A stretch of 64,000 bases of DNA, taken from NCBI GenBank assembly GCA_013239625.1, contig MU053810.1:753320-817319 (forward strand), written 5' to 3'. Below the pieces are notes generated by a model that worked only from the letters and a program-made list of their open reading frames with translations, did not search any database and was not told the DNA's origin. How positions within the stretch are numbered: the stretch's first letter is position 1; the number at the start of each line of letters is the position of its first letter. Of this stretch, positions 38,118 through 50,684 are shown one piece after another. A program made the translations under genes and the position numbers. Source of the DNA: Lama guanicoe (taxonomy: Eukaryota).

Positions 38118-38255
38118 CAGAGTGAGGCTCCTGGAACGCGAGCTGCTGGTTCGACTCTCCAGGCTGCTCCCTCTGCTCAGGTCCCTGAGCCTGCAGCTGG
38201 GCGACAAGTCAGGGTCCATCTCCCACGAGTCTGATTTCTGGTGATGGACAGGCAT
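38118..38255 (-). CDS. PROSER2: PROSER2 first coding exon (exon spans 38118-38337, including 82 nt of 5' UTR); MPVHHQKSDSWEMDPDLSPSCRLRDLSRGSSLESRTSSSRSRSLTL
   Basis: ATG at 38255-38253. The 46 codons resemble the recalled human PROSER2 N-terminus (MPVTHRKSD...SPSCRLR..SRGGSLESRSSSSRSRSFTL). Acceptor cttcttcctcCAG at 38340-38338 with a CTGAC branch-like motif; donor CTG|GTGAGT at 38117; phase 0. Confidence 0.93.
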
Positions 38256-40812
38256 TCCCACAGTAACCCTGGGCGTTGGTGTGATCACAGGAAGTGGGGA
38301 AGGGGCCGGTGTCTCATGCCCAAGTCGTAGGTCCCCTCTGGAGGAAGAAGCACAAGGTGACAAGGGTCAGTGAGCCCAGACAGCGAAGGCCTTATTCCCC
38401 CAAGACGAACGGGCACCACAAGTTAGAGTCGGCTGGCACACAGCCCCGACTGCTGAGACTAAGATAATTAGGACCCCCTAAACCAACTTGTTTACTGATG
38501 CTCATTTCCATTTTCCCTTTATCTCCTTCTCCATTATGAAGATGTAAGAAGTATTTTTAAGGAAAGATGGGTGTACTGAAAATTACTTTAGTGCTGAAAA
38601 TTTGAAGAAATAATGTTCTGGCACCTTCCTTGGCTCTTAGGGTCTATACTTAGGGTCAAGCCCCACCACACTTAGAGTTTCCCTGTGCTGCTTATCAGCA
38701 GAAAAATGGATACATTCTAGTCTTTTCTGCCTCAGACCCCACGACCACAACATTATGGTTCCTTTCCCAGCTTTGATAAAGTTCAGAGTTGAGCAGAAGT
38801 GACAAGAGCTGATAAGTTACTAATAGAAGTCTGGCTGACATTTCTGAGATTCTGGACTCACTGGAGGCTGTGAAGCTACTGCAATGTCTACCTAAGGTGC
38901 CAAGGTCCCATCGGTAAATACCATCAGGAAGTTCATGTTTTCACTTTCAGGAACAAAGACACTGAAACTGTCCCTTCCCAGCCCCTTAGCCTCATACAGT
39001 CCTCTGTCTGTTGGAGCAGGAAATTCAGCTCAGCCCCTAAACCACAGACACTGAGTTCAACAAAACCTCCTAGAAAACCAAAGAAGACATAGAGAATGAG
39101 GGAATAAGCCTCCTGTCCATTCATTACATCAGACCTGACGCTGCGGCAAACGAAGAGATGGATGCTCACTTCCTCCTAGAGGTCAGCGCGGCCAGGATGC
39201 CTTACGAGTAACAATACTGCGGAGCAGGTGGGCTACAACCACCACAGGTACACTCTGGTGTGCATGTGTGTGTGTGTGCATTAGCCCTCGCATGTGTATT
39301 CATTTTTAATAGAAACACAACCATCCACAGAGAAAGCTCAGGTAGCGCTGAGCACCTCTGGGAGGGCCTCGCCATTTAAGACTCCCAAGATTACTGTGCA
39401 ATCTCAGAGAAATCCTGAAGCCGCTAGAACAGGCGAACAAAAAACCTACTCCTCACCCCACTGCTCGGCCCGTCCCAGGGGAACCAGCCCAGGTCAGAAG
39501 CGGCTACGGAATGGAGGGGTCTAAGTGCCCATACCTTTGGAAAGTGGCCAGGATTCCAAATGGTAACAAAAAGACTTAAGAAAATGTTAAAAGTTTTACA
39601 ACTTGTTTAATAGTAAGAAAGCCTAAACAATATACAGACTTTATAATAAACTGTCCACGTGGCCAACAGTATGCAGCCGAGATGCTCAGATATCTGTGGT
39701 GGAATGCTCCCAAGTTTTGCTCTAATACATTCAGTGCCTAGTGAGAATCTAGTGTACACACACACACATACAGTGGACACACTAAGCGTGCTGATGGCAG
39801 GTAGACAGACGGAGGTGTCACAGCTCCATCGTGGGGCCCTGGGGACGGGACATACAAAGGAGACAGGCTGACTCTGAGGCTCCCTCTGCTCTGCAGATTC
39901 CTACCCAGTGACTCAGCTCTTCTTCATTCCTGAACTCAGTCAGTCCAGGGGGCTCCGAGGGAAGGAGGTAAGGTGGGGCAGAAAGTCCTCCCCACACACA
40001 GTGGGAGGAAAGGCGGGAGGTCAAGGGCTGCGCTGATTCACCGCCAAGGAAGGACCCGCCGGTGGTGGGACAGGATGTGGAACGTTGCTCCAGGCCTGCA
40101 CACAGGAGCACGTGGGGCCCTCCATGTGGCCGGAGGGCGGTGACAACCACACCCTTCCAGGGCACAGCTTTGTCTTGTGCTATTATTGTAGAAGCTCCTC
40201 TGACACCGTAACCTGTAGTCATTCCACGGAAGCGAAGCAGAGTTCTCCAGAGGGCAGAGCTTGTGGGGGAGAAAGTGAAAACATTGGTTCAGGGTCCTTC
40301 ACAGGCTCAAGTTGTCAATCTTCTTTCATCTCTTGAGGAAGGGGGACCAGGAGCTCCACGTCCTCGTTCCCCAGGAACCAAAACTACAGAATCTGCAGAG
40401 GGCCACGGTGGAGAGAGGTTGTCTAAGCAGGAGGGCAAAGGTCTGTCGTGGAAAGGGGACACCGTGAGGTCAAGGAGCCGGACCACACACACTGGGCAGA
40501 GGGGCCAGAGCCGTGAGTCTGTGAGGTCTTTACCACCTCAGAAGCCTTAGTCTCCTTGCTCAGTCAAGGGCTCACTGTTTATGTCTGCAAACAGTCCACT
40601 TCATGAAAAGGGAGACTTTGGTCAGACTAAGAAGGCCCCGTAGATGAAAAAAACCCGATTTCTTCCAAGGGCGTAGAGCAAGCTCGCTAAGGAGTCATGA
40701 CACGCTAACACCATGGGAGGGGCATGTGAGCCATTGGTCGGTGCTCTGTTGATTCTCCTGGCCTTCCCGTTTGTTTCTCAGCATCTACTAGTAACATTGC
40801 AAGATAGTTTAT

Positions 40813-40840
40813 GACAACAACAACAACAACAACAACAACA
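40813..40840. repeat. (CAA)n microsatellite
   Basis: About nine units read directly. Confidence 0.9.
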
Positions 40841-41221
40841 AAAACCCCTGAAAGTAACCTAAGTGTTAAAATACATTCTTTACTTTTAAATAAATAGTGA
40901 TTAAGTAAATTATGGTACCTCCACACACCTGAATACTAATCAGCTGTAAAAAGAACGAGAAAGCTGTGTGCTGATGAGTAAACGTCTCCAAGTATCTTAC
41001 TGAGCAAAACCCACAAAGTCTAGGACTATATATGAAACACCACGCTTTGTGTAAAAATGGGGAATTACAGAATAAGAATGCATATGTGCCTCTGCTGTCG
41101 TATGCATAAAGAAATTCTGGAAGGACACAAAGGTCAAGAACAATTGTTAGGTGTGAGGGGTGGGGGTAAAAGGAAGACAAGAGTTAGATGGAGAGTTTTT
41201 AGAAATAGAAATACCTTTCTA

Positions 41222-41352
41222 TTTTTTTTTTAAATTGAAGTACAGTTGATTTACAATATTATATTAGTTTCAGGTATACAACACGGTGATTCAAAAATTT
41301 TATAGATTATAGTCCATTTACATCTATTATGGCTACTGGCTATATTCCCTGT
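41222..41352 (-). mobile_element. L1 3'-end fragment
   Basis: T-tract then aattgaagtacagttgatttacaatattatattagtttcagg. Confidence 0.8.
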
Positions 41353-42555
41353 GCCGACCAAAGCCTTGAAATTACTCTCCGTCAACCTATGGATTCCAAT
41401 CAAGGGCAAATGTGGACCAGGAGGGGAGTAACTTTAAACATGAATAATGAATCTGTTAAAAAGTTGGCCCCAATAACATTGGACACACTAAACCAGTAAT
41501 GCTTCCTACTATTAACTTGGGATAAGGACCAGTACAGATGCACACACTTGCACATCTACAGGTGTAGCCATGACCAACACTAACTTCAAAAAGGGCCAAT
41601 GCACAAATCAACAGCTGAAGTAAATATGGAGTAACTCTTCTTTAGTTTGGGCCCTTTCTCAATGTCAAGGGGAAAAAAAAATGCCTTGGAAAGAAAAGAA
41701 TGCTTCCAAAAACATTCACTGAGCAGACTAGCAAACTAGGACCGGATCCCAGCACAGAAGGTCAAAGGAAAATCCTTTTCAGGTAGAGGCTGGTTGTTGC
41801 TGGGATGGCTGAGGGTAGAGACTTAGTTTTGTTCTGGAGTTTTGAACAGATGACGTGGTCAATGGTTTAGCGTCCTTTTCCTATGCTGCTCCTTTTTCTC
41901 GGAACTGGGTTTTTTTCCCCACTTCTGAAAATGTCTTCTGTAAGAACTTAAGACCTTACATTCTTAACTGGCACTCAAGGATATTACCTACAATTAAACA
42001 CTTAAAAGGCTAGTAATTTTACTTCTCCAAAAGAATTACCATGTTTTATTTAGGGTTTTGTTTTTGTTTTTGTTTTCAGAAAAACCTCTTATTGAACAAT
42101 GTAAAAAAACAAGGTTGGTTTCAGACTGACTCAATTGTGAAGTTTCAAGCATGAATGGGAGGCAGTAATTAGCTTACTTACGGCCGCGCACCATATGAAA
42201 GTAAGGAATTCACCTACACGGAAGCAAACGCGTTCACACTGGAGGCCTCGCCCAGCGAGGTGGTTCACAGGCCCCAGGGGAAGAAGTTTCCTATCACCAA
42301 TTTACTATCCCTGAACAGAAGATTCAGACATCAGACTTGCCCAGCATAACACCCTCACCTGAAAATAACCTTGACTGTATCTGAGTTTAGTTACTAGTAA
42401 CAAAGGGTAACGACCCAAGAGGAGGCAAACACAAAAGTATCAACAAGAAAATCCAGTTCCATCTGATGAAATGTTTGCAAAGATAGATACTTCACATTTT
42501 TATCCTTAGCTCATTTTTATTTTTATTAAAAAAAATTTTTATTTTTAAAAATTTT

Positions 42556-42662
42556 GGGGGGTAGTTAGGTTTTTTTATTATTTTTAATGGAGGTACTGGG
42601 GACTGAACCCAGCACCTTGTGCATGCTAAGCATGCGCTCTACCACTGAGCTCCACCCTCTCC
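42556..42662 (-). mobile_element. Vic-1-type camelid SINE (tRNA-Ala-derived)
   Basis: Minus strand reads ggagagggtggagctcagtggtagagcgcatgcttagcatgcacaaggtgctgggttcagtccccagtacctcc plus an A-rich tail; A and B boxes present. Confidence 0.85.
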
Positions 42663-42699
42663 TTCAATATGTTATTTATTATTGCATTATAAAAAATAT

Positions 42700-42818
42700 T
42701 TTTTGTTTTGTGGGAAGGAGGTTTAGGTTTATTTATTTGTTTTCAGAGGAGGTACTGGGGATTGAACTCAGGACCTTGTGCATGCCAAGCACTCACTCTA
42801 CCACTGAGCTATCCCCAT
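42700..42818 (-). mobile_element. Second Vic-1-type SINE
   Basis: Minus strand reads ggggatagctcagtggtagagtgagtgcttggcatgcacaaggtcctgagttcaatccccagtacctcc plus a tail. Confidence 0.85.
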
Positions 42819-44916
42819 CTTAGCTTGTTTTTGTTTTTTTTTTACTTGACATTCTACATGCCTATGGCATTTCTGGATTGCTTAGCAAATATTAAAAAAA
42901 AAAACCAAAGGAAAAATCCCAGTTTAAGTTGTTCTTCTTTTGTTAAACAAGTGTGTGTACTTTCCCTTTATTTATTCAGCAAACATACCAGAGCACCCGC
43001 TAGGTGCTCCTCAAAACGTAGACCTTCTTACTTGGATGTAACAATTATATCTTATTGTTTCATAATGCACTTTTCTTTTTCTTCTGAGGAGCTCAATTCT
43101 TAGCGGAGTATTTCATTCCTCCTCACAGCGAAAGTAAAGCTGACTTCAAGCATGTTCATGTAGCCCTGGTATTTACAACCACCTGGTTGGACCGGAAGTC
43201 GAAGTCTGATTTACATTTCTTATCTCAGGTTGAACAGATTTAAGTCCAAGCCTGAGGGGAGCCACGCTCCCTCAAGACCTGCTGGGTCGACCCACTGCGT
43301 CCAACTCTTAACCCCATCTTCCCCGTAGGGGCATCTGCAGAGGCTCCCTTCTCCCCAGGCTCTTCCTAGATGCCTCCTGGAACCAGTAAGAAAGTACTCA
43401 AGTCAGTCCCTGCAAATCCAGGCCTTGAGCACAAACTCATACCCCAGTTTCAGTAGAGGGGAAGAGATGAGGAGGCTTTGGCACTTTTTCAAGGCATATG
43501 GGGACAACCAAATGCTGAAAAAACTGGACGACTCTGACCAACCCTGAAGCTGATGCCAACGTCGGCCTCTCAAGGACTGCCTGTCAGCCTCCCTGGGAGA
43601 AAACTCAGCACCGTAAGCAGCTCAGTAGTGGAATTTGATAATGACTCAAGTTCACTCCAAATTTAACAAAGGCCTCTTGGCTACTGAAGCGGTCAGACCC
43701 ATACACCTCACCCACCTTGGAAAACAGACAAACAAACAAAAAACAAGACTAACACGAGAATTAGCCAGGGAGCACAATATTTAACACGCTGCATGTTCAT
43801 GTGAATTGTCAAGTTCCCCCAACGACATTCTTCCAGCGGTTGAGAAGGGAAGGGTCTAACATCTGGCCCTCAGCTAGGAGATTTGAATCATAGGAAGCTG
43901 CCACTTGCACGGGTCAAAAGCAGCTGAATACCAGTAATCTTATACGGTTAACCTAGCAGTTTTGGAATTGAGTCGATAACTAACATTGTAAAAAAGTGAA
44001 GTGTTCCCTGAAAGGGAGTCTCTGTTGAAGTATGGCTTTATCACATATAGAGACCAAAATGTTTTTCCTCAGAAGAGACCTCTGAAATCCCAAGGGGAAC
44101 CAACAAGGGGAAAGAGCATCCCACACTCGTGTCCACCTCACAGTCAATGTGACTGGCGAAGGGACGCTGCCCGTATTAGCAGGAGCTCAGGCAACAAATT
44201 AAACGGTTCCCTGGTGTGTGTGGAGGACAAAACTGAGGTCAGAAAGAGCTGGATTTAGGCCTTGGCTTTCCACTCCAGAACAATGTTTTTTTTTAAACTT
44301 TTTCTGCAGCAGAACTTCAATGGGAATTAGGACATTTTCAGAGCCAGCCCCTTGTTTGTACCATTTTATCTCCACCTTCATCTTTCTCTCCTCCCTTCCT
44401 TAACCCTCAACACCTCGCTCGACTTCAAGTTACTGCCTTGGTGTACAGACATCTCCTCCACGGCAGAGCCAGAACACGTCACTCACCACCGGTCGATGGT
44501 TAGTGTCCCCAAACTCAAGGCCAAATGCTTCGGCATGATAAGCGAAGCCCCGGTCCACCATTCTGACTTTCCACTCTCCTGCCCTTGTTGGCCTGGCTCC
44601 AACGTGACAGCCTCCAATAGGTGACGGACACCACCGTAAGACGGGGCCCCTCTGTCCTCCGCTCCCCGAAGACTGGCAGGCCTCTGAGACCAGCTCCTAC
44701 TTGACATTTGATCTCTGTTACCAGATCCCAAGTTTCTCAAAGGCGAGGGCCACACTTCCTGACCTCTGTATTCCTAGTCGTGCCCAGCACAGTGGGAACT
44801 TAAATGTTCATGTAAGCTCTTCAAGCCCTCTGTATCTTCCCAGAAAATACCAAATGTGCCATTTTGGAAAACAGCAACAAACCAAATTCACCTGTTTAGT
44901 ATGAAAGAGCACAGAA

Positions 44917-45633
44917 TCCTTAAAAAACTAAAAACAGTGTTACCATGTGCTCCAGCAATTGCATTCCTGGGCATATAGGCAGAAAAGACAAAACTGTAAT
45001 TTGAAAAGATACATGCACCCCAATGTTCATAGCAGCACTATTTATAATAGCCAAGACAGGGAAGCAATCTAAGTGTCCATCAACAGATGACTGGAAAAAG
45101 ATGATGTTTTATATGTATATATACACACATATATACACACAATGGAATATTACTCAGCCATAAAAAGAATAAAATAATGCTATTTATAGCAACATGGATA
45201 GGCCTAGAGATTATTATATCGAATGAAATAAGTCAGACAGAGAAAGAGAAATATTATATGCTATCACTTATATGTGGTATCTAAAAAAATGATACAAATG
45301 AACTTATTCACAAAACAGAAACAAACTCACAGACATAGAAAACAAACTTATGGTTATCAAATGGGAAAGGGGGAAGGGATAAGTTAAGAGTTTGGGATTA
45401 ACAGATATATACTACTACATATAAAATAGATAAAGAACAAAGATTTACTGTATAGCACAGGGAAAAATATTCAATATCTTATAATAATGTACAATGGAAA
45501 AGAATCTGAAAAATACATATAGAACTGAATCACCTTGCTGTACACCTGAAACTCACACAACATTGTAAATCAACTACACTTAATTAGAAAGAAAGAAAGA
45601 AAGAAAGAAAAAAGAAAGAAAGAAAGAAAGAAA
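44917..45633 (+). mobile_element. 5'-truncated L1 with a (GAAA)n tail
   Basis: gatacatgcaccccaatgttcatagcagcacta...tgtaaatcaactacact, then (GAAA)n at ~45587-45633. Confidence 0.9.
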
Positions 45634-45744
45634 ACACAGGCATCTTTCCTTCACACAAGATAATTCCTTTATAAGTTGTACAAAATAAACTATTTTACAT
45701 ACACTCACAGAATTAGGTTTGTAAAGAAGAGCTGAGGTGACTCA

Positions 45745-45880
45745 TTCATCTATAATCTCCAGCTTCATGGTCTGAGAGGGCCTGAGAAGTCACTTAGTCC
45801 TGCCCCCAATTTTACAGACCAGGAAACCAAGGTCCAGAAAGGTCAAGTGGAGAACCTGCCGGGTACACAGCTGGTGTTGA
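45745..45880. mobile_element. MIR fragment
   Basis: tttacagaccaggaaaccaaggtccagaaagg. Confidence 0.6.
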
Positions 45881-46269
45881 AACCTGAAGTGGCGAGAGTT
45901 AAGTACTGCTCTTTTCCCCTATGCCAGGCTCTATTGATCGGTTAATTTAAAAATAATAATAATTTTAAAATAAAAAATAAAGTGTAATCTGCAAACATCC
46001 AAAGAGAAGCACATGTTTGTATCTCCAGTGGCTACTGAGTGATCAGCACACGGCAGGTGCCCAGACTACAAATACAGCTGAATGAATAAATGAACAGCTC
46101 TGGCCTTTGGATCAATAACTAAAATAGATGGAATATCAAATATTTCAAAGCACTAGTCAGACAGCTAGCCTCTGGGAGGAACAGCAGAGGCCTGCAAGAG
46201 AAAGCAGAAAAAGAAGCCAAACAAAAGCAACAAAACGAAGGTTTGAGAAGGAGTGGATTATTCAAACCA

Positions 46270-47590
46270 AGCCCTATTTCTCCAAAGAATACCGGGAAGT
46301 GGCCAACAAGCCCATGAAAAGATGCTCATCCTTACTGGTCATTAGGGAAATGCAAATCAACACCTCGGGACACCACTTCATGCCCACTGGGATGGCAATA
46401 AAAAGAAGAACACGGAAAATAACAGGTGTCGGTGAGGATGTGGAGAAACCGGAACGCTCAAACACTGCTAGTGGGAATGTAACATGGTGCAGCTACTGTG
46501 GAGAACAGTTTGGTGGTTCCTCCTAACGTCGCTACTCACAATAACCAAAAGGTGGCAACAGCCCAAATGTCATGAGGTGATGAATGGATAAGTGAACTGT
46601 GATACAGCCACATAATGGAATGTTATTCAGCCATGAAAAGGAGTGAAGAACTGACGTGCTACAACACGGATGAATCCTGAGAGCATTGTTAAGTCAAAGA
46701 AGCCAGACACAAAAGACTAGGTACTGTATGGTTCTATTGATATGAAATATCCAAGAAGGCAAATCCACAGAGACAGAAAGCAGATTAGTGGTTGCCAGGG
46801 ACTGGAGCAGGGTAGGAATAGGGAGTGAATGCTTAATGGGTAAGGAGTTTCCTTTAGGGGTGATGAAAAAGTTCTGGAACTAGATAGTGGTGATGATTGC
46901 AAAACATTGTGAATGGATTTTTCTTTTTTTTTTTTTTACACTTTAAATATGTGCAGTTTATTGAATGTCAATTTTACAGCAGTAAAACTATTTGAAAGAA
47001 ATTTTTAAATAATAGGAAAAGATACATTAAGCAACTATCAAGAGCAGCAACAACGAAAAAATCCCTTCCAGCTGTACTGCATCAGGCAAAACAGATTTTA
47101 GGGCAAAAATCCTCGTTCGTGATAAAAATAACTATATAATGATAAAAGTTCAATTCCTATTAGATATTGCATATCTAACAACATAAATTTACAAATATAT
47201 ATTGCTGGATATTAAAGTAGAAAGTTGTAAATACAAGTAGTCTCAGAATATTTTAGCTCAAAATATTAAAATAGAAAGTTGTATAAACAAATGGTCTCAG
47301 AATACTTTTTAGTTCAAGTACAAGGAGATACTGACAAAGACCCCATTTTAGTGGGATCTTTCAATATACCTCTCAATTACTGACATGTTCCGTAGACACA
47401 AAGTTAGTGAGCAATAATGCAGTTAATAAGGTTCATTTAACAGACATCTGTAGACCTCCACAGAACAGAAATGAAAGAAAACACATTCTTCTCAAACACA
47501 TATAATGTGACTGTACTTAATGCCACTGCTTTTACACTCTAAAATGACAAATTTAATGTTATGTGTATTTTACCACAATTAAAAAGAATT
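46270..47590 (+). mobile_element. L1MA/MB 3' region plus further L1M fragments
   Basis: ORF 46128..46526 includes KRCSSLLVIREMQI..HHFMPTGMA (L1 ORF2-like); cagattagtggttgccaggg...ggtgatgaaaaagttctggaactagatagtggtgatg. Confidence 0.8.
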
Positions 47591-49539
47591 AAGAGAACCA
47601 GTCGACCCAGTGGGAGGGCCGCTGTAATATCCAGTCTGAAGATACGTATTCACAAGGAGCTATCACACCCCTGTCCAATAAGCCAGAATGCTGTACCCTA
47701 CACATTCCTTTACCACTGATCCCTATAGCTCGGATTATAAACCCAGCACCTACTTTCTCAAAACAGGATTCAAGATTAATGCTGCGGCTCTAGGAGGGGG
47801 ACAGTGGTGTTACTGAGAAGGGCAGGTCATGAGGGTTCCCTACTGAGGCTGCTACCGGTGATCGGTGATCGCAGCGTCCTGATCCCACTGTGTCCCTGAG
47901 AACAGCGGCCGTTCTCCGGAGCCCAGCGGATTAGCCCAGATTCAGGAGGGGAAAGCTGCAGCGTTCCAGGCGTAGAGTCACCGGGCCCATCCTCCTGAGG
48001 ACACGCAGGCAGCTGTGAAGCCACCAGCACTGCCACCAGAGAGGTCAGTGGAAACTGAAATGAAAAGCTGCCCTTCCCCAGGGAGGGCACCTCGCAGGGG
48101 AGGCTCAGGCTCTGGGATGCTCCTGGGATCCCCCGGCATCCCTGGCGGCCGACCCACAGCCGAGTGGCTAAGATGCTCTTGAACTCTTGTTCCAGAGGAT
48201 GCCTGGTTCTCAGCTCTGCTCCACCCAAGCCTTTCCCCTGTCTCTCCTCGGGCGTCAAGGCTCATTCTATCTCTTGTAGTTACTTGAGATGATCTTGACA
48301 ATCAACACACAGTGCCACCCATGGGCTCCTTAGGAGTCTGAGAACATTGGAACCGGGGCCAGGTGTATCTTCAGCTCCCAGTGAAGGCTTACTTGATCTG
48401 GTTTTAATCAGTTTGGGCCGTGTGGCTGTTACCTAGATGTGTTTGTGTGCCCCATGACTAGTTCCGTGCTCAGCACGTTGTAGGCGGTCAGGCAAGCTGG
48501 CAAACATTGCTGAACGAGTTAATGAACACGCAGAGCCTGCACTAAGGCAGGCAAATCCTCCCCCAGCACCCCCTATCCTGGAGTGAAACACCCACACATT
48601 TTCTTAAAAGCATCTCTCTCTTTCCAGCCTTCTCGAAATTATCTGATCTTGGCTTTCTGATTTCCAGTAATGGAGAAAATGTGTTACTTTTAAATTATCA
48701 GCATCCAAAATTTCTCCAAAAAAAAAGCCCTGAAGCCCTGTTACCTAGACATATACACAGTCCCTTACAAACGGCTGTTACTGGTCTGAGCAAGAAAATA
48801 CACAAGATTCCATACATACAGTGTCAAGTCTGGCAAGAGAGATTTTAGACAACTCCCACCCTTCCCACCCAGTCCCAAGTAAATAGGGCATTTGTTTGTA
48901 TTTCCACATTGGCCTCGTGAACCAAAATACCTCCTCCACCTAGAAAAACAATCTGTAACATTCAGACATGGAGCTTTGAGGGCAGACTTTTCAGTGCATG
49001 CTAGAGCACTAAGAACGTAGTGCTTAAAAGATTAAATAAAATGAAGCAGAAAAGCATATTTAATTAACTTAGGTTTTCCTGCGACCATCTTCCTCATGTT
49101 TACATTTATACCTGGTTTGGTGTTTCTGTAACTTTAAGAAATACAGATCTTTAAAAAAAATTGTTCTCCATTAAAACTGGAGCCAGAGAAACCTTCTTCC
49201 TACAATCTCCAGCAACAGACCTGGACGTTCTATTCTGTTTAGGCGGGGAAAGACACAAAAATCATTTTCCTTTATTCACTTTTAGGTTTTCGCTGTGCAC
49301 CAAGTAGGTCCTGGCAAAGAGTTAAATGTTTTCTGGGGTTAGTTCCTGCGGTTTAAAAAAAAAAAAAAGCCTAGATGCTTAAATTTAGACTCCTTCAAAC
49401 AATACTGGGAAACTTTCAAAGCCTTGGAGAAATACTGCAGTTTGTTTTATTGCCTTTTGTTAAATTGCATCACATTGGCCACATCGTCTTCTCTATTTTT
49501 CAATCCCTCCTGCCCCAGCTCAGTGGCAGATCCTACACG

Positions 49540-50530
49540 TTCCCGCGTGATTCCGTGACCTGTTGGGGGTAGGGGGTTGGGGAGTGGGGGCGGGGACGAA
49601 AATCTGGTCACCTCGCACAGGACCCAGGTTTAACAGGTGGCTTCGGCCACCTCCTTCCAATATGAGGCTCCCGCCCTCCTCTCCGCGGTGGAAGGGACAC
49701 AGCGCCCCGGGAGCTAGAGCGGTGCGGCGGCAAGCGGGGCTGCGGAGAGGGCGATGGGGACGGGACGGGACAGGACAGGACAGGACAGGGGTGTTGGGAC
49801 AACCCAGACAGTTCTGCGCGCAAAGCCAGAAACGCGCCACGGACCACAGAGCGTCCCCCGCCGGGACAGCCTCAAAGTCAGAGCGCGACGTGTCCTCCCC
49901 ACCTCCTCGGAGCCACGGCGCACGCGAATCCCCGCAATCCCAAAGGAGGCACCGGCTTTCCCAGGTGGGAGGCCACCGGGTGGACGATGGCCCCTCGGGC
50001 GGCGCCGGAGTCCTTCCTAACTTCCAGGGGACGATCGCGACGCGGATGCGCAGGAGAGCGCAGGAGGAGGCTCCTGCCGGGAGGGCACTGGCAGGGACGC
50101 GTGGAAAGTGCAGGCAGCCGGCGAACCGGAAAAGGGGGTCTTCCTTCCCCACCTGGACCCAAGCCTTCCCCGCCCCGCTCCAAACGCCGCCCCGCTCACC
50201 GACGTGCCGGGCGAGGGGCTCGGCTGCCAGGATGCCCTCCGGTTTTCCAAGCCCCTGTCCGGATCCAGAAGTCCGCACTCACTCGGCAGGAGCCCCCTCC
50301 CCGGGACCGCAGGCGCCCACCTGGACCGCGACCCGGAGCCGAGCCCTTGCGCTGCCGGCTGGTCGGTCCGCCTGCGCGCGCCTGGCCGATCCTCCCGGGC
50401 CGCCCCGCCGCGCGCTCCCCGCCACCCCGACTCACACGGCGCGCGCCCGGGGCATTTAAAGGGACAGGCCCCCGCGCCGGCGGGGCCCCGAGGCCGCCTC
50501 TCGCAGGGGTCGTCGCTGTCAGTGCCAAGT
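49540..50530. promoter_or_regulatory. PROSER2: CpG island / PROSER2 promoter
   Basis: Very GC-rich with dense CpG and several CCCCGCC GC boxes. TATA-like TTTAAAT on the minus strand at 50460-50454. Lies ~12 kb upstream of the first coding exon. Confidence 0.85.
50283..50430 (-). other. PROSER2: Probable non-coding exon 1 of PROSER2 (boundaries uncertain)
   Basis: TSS guessed ~25-30 nt downstream of the TATA-like motif. Candidate donors are CAG|GTGGGC (50320), CGA|GTGAGT (50282) and TCG|GTGAGC (50199). Confidence 0.45.
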
Positions 50531-50684
50531 TTGAACTGGGGAGGACCTGAACAAACCCCTACCCCCAACTCCGAGTTACACACTCGGAGAAAAAATAGGG
50601 ATTTGCTTTTGAAGCTCTGAATGAGACAGGACATTTTTTCCCCTCCTATAGTTAGTTTTGAGAGGTTATTTTCTATTTAAGGAT

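Noticed and set aside
42580..42818. tRNA-Ala(AGC)-like genes
   Set aside because: They have SINE-type tails and degenerate acceptor stems, so they are Vic-1 SINEs rather than tRNA genes.
49520..50634. Multiple 170-300 aa ORFs on both strands
   Set aside because: Stop-codon depletion in the CpG island; low-complexity Arg/Pro/Gly/Ala translations.
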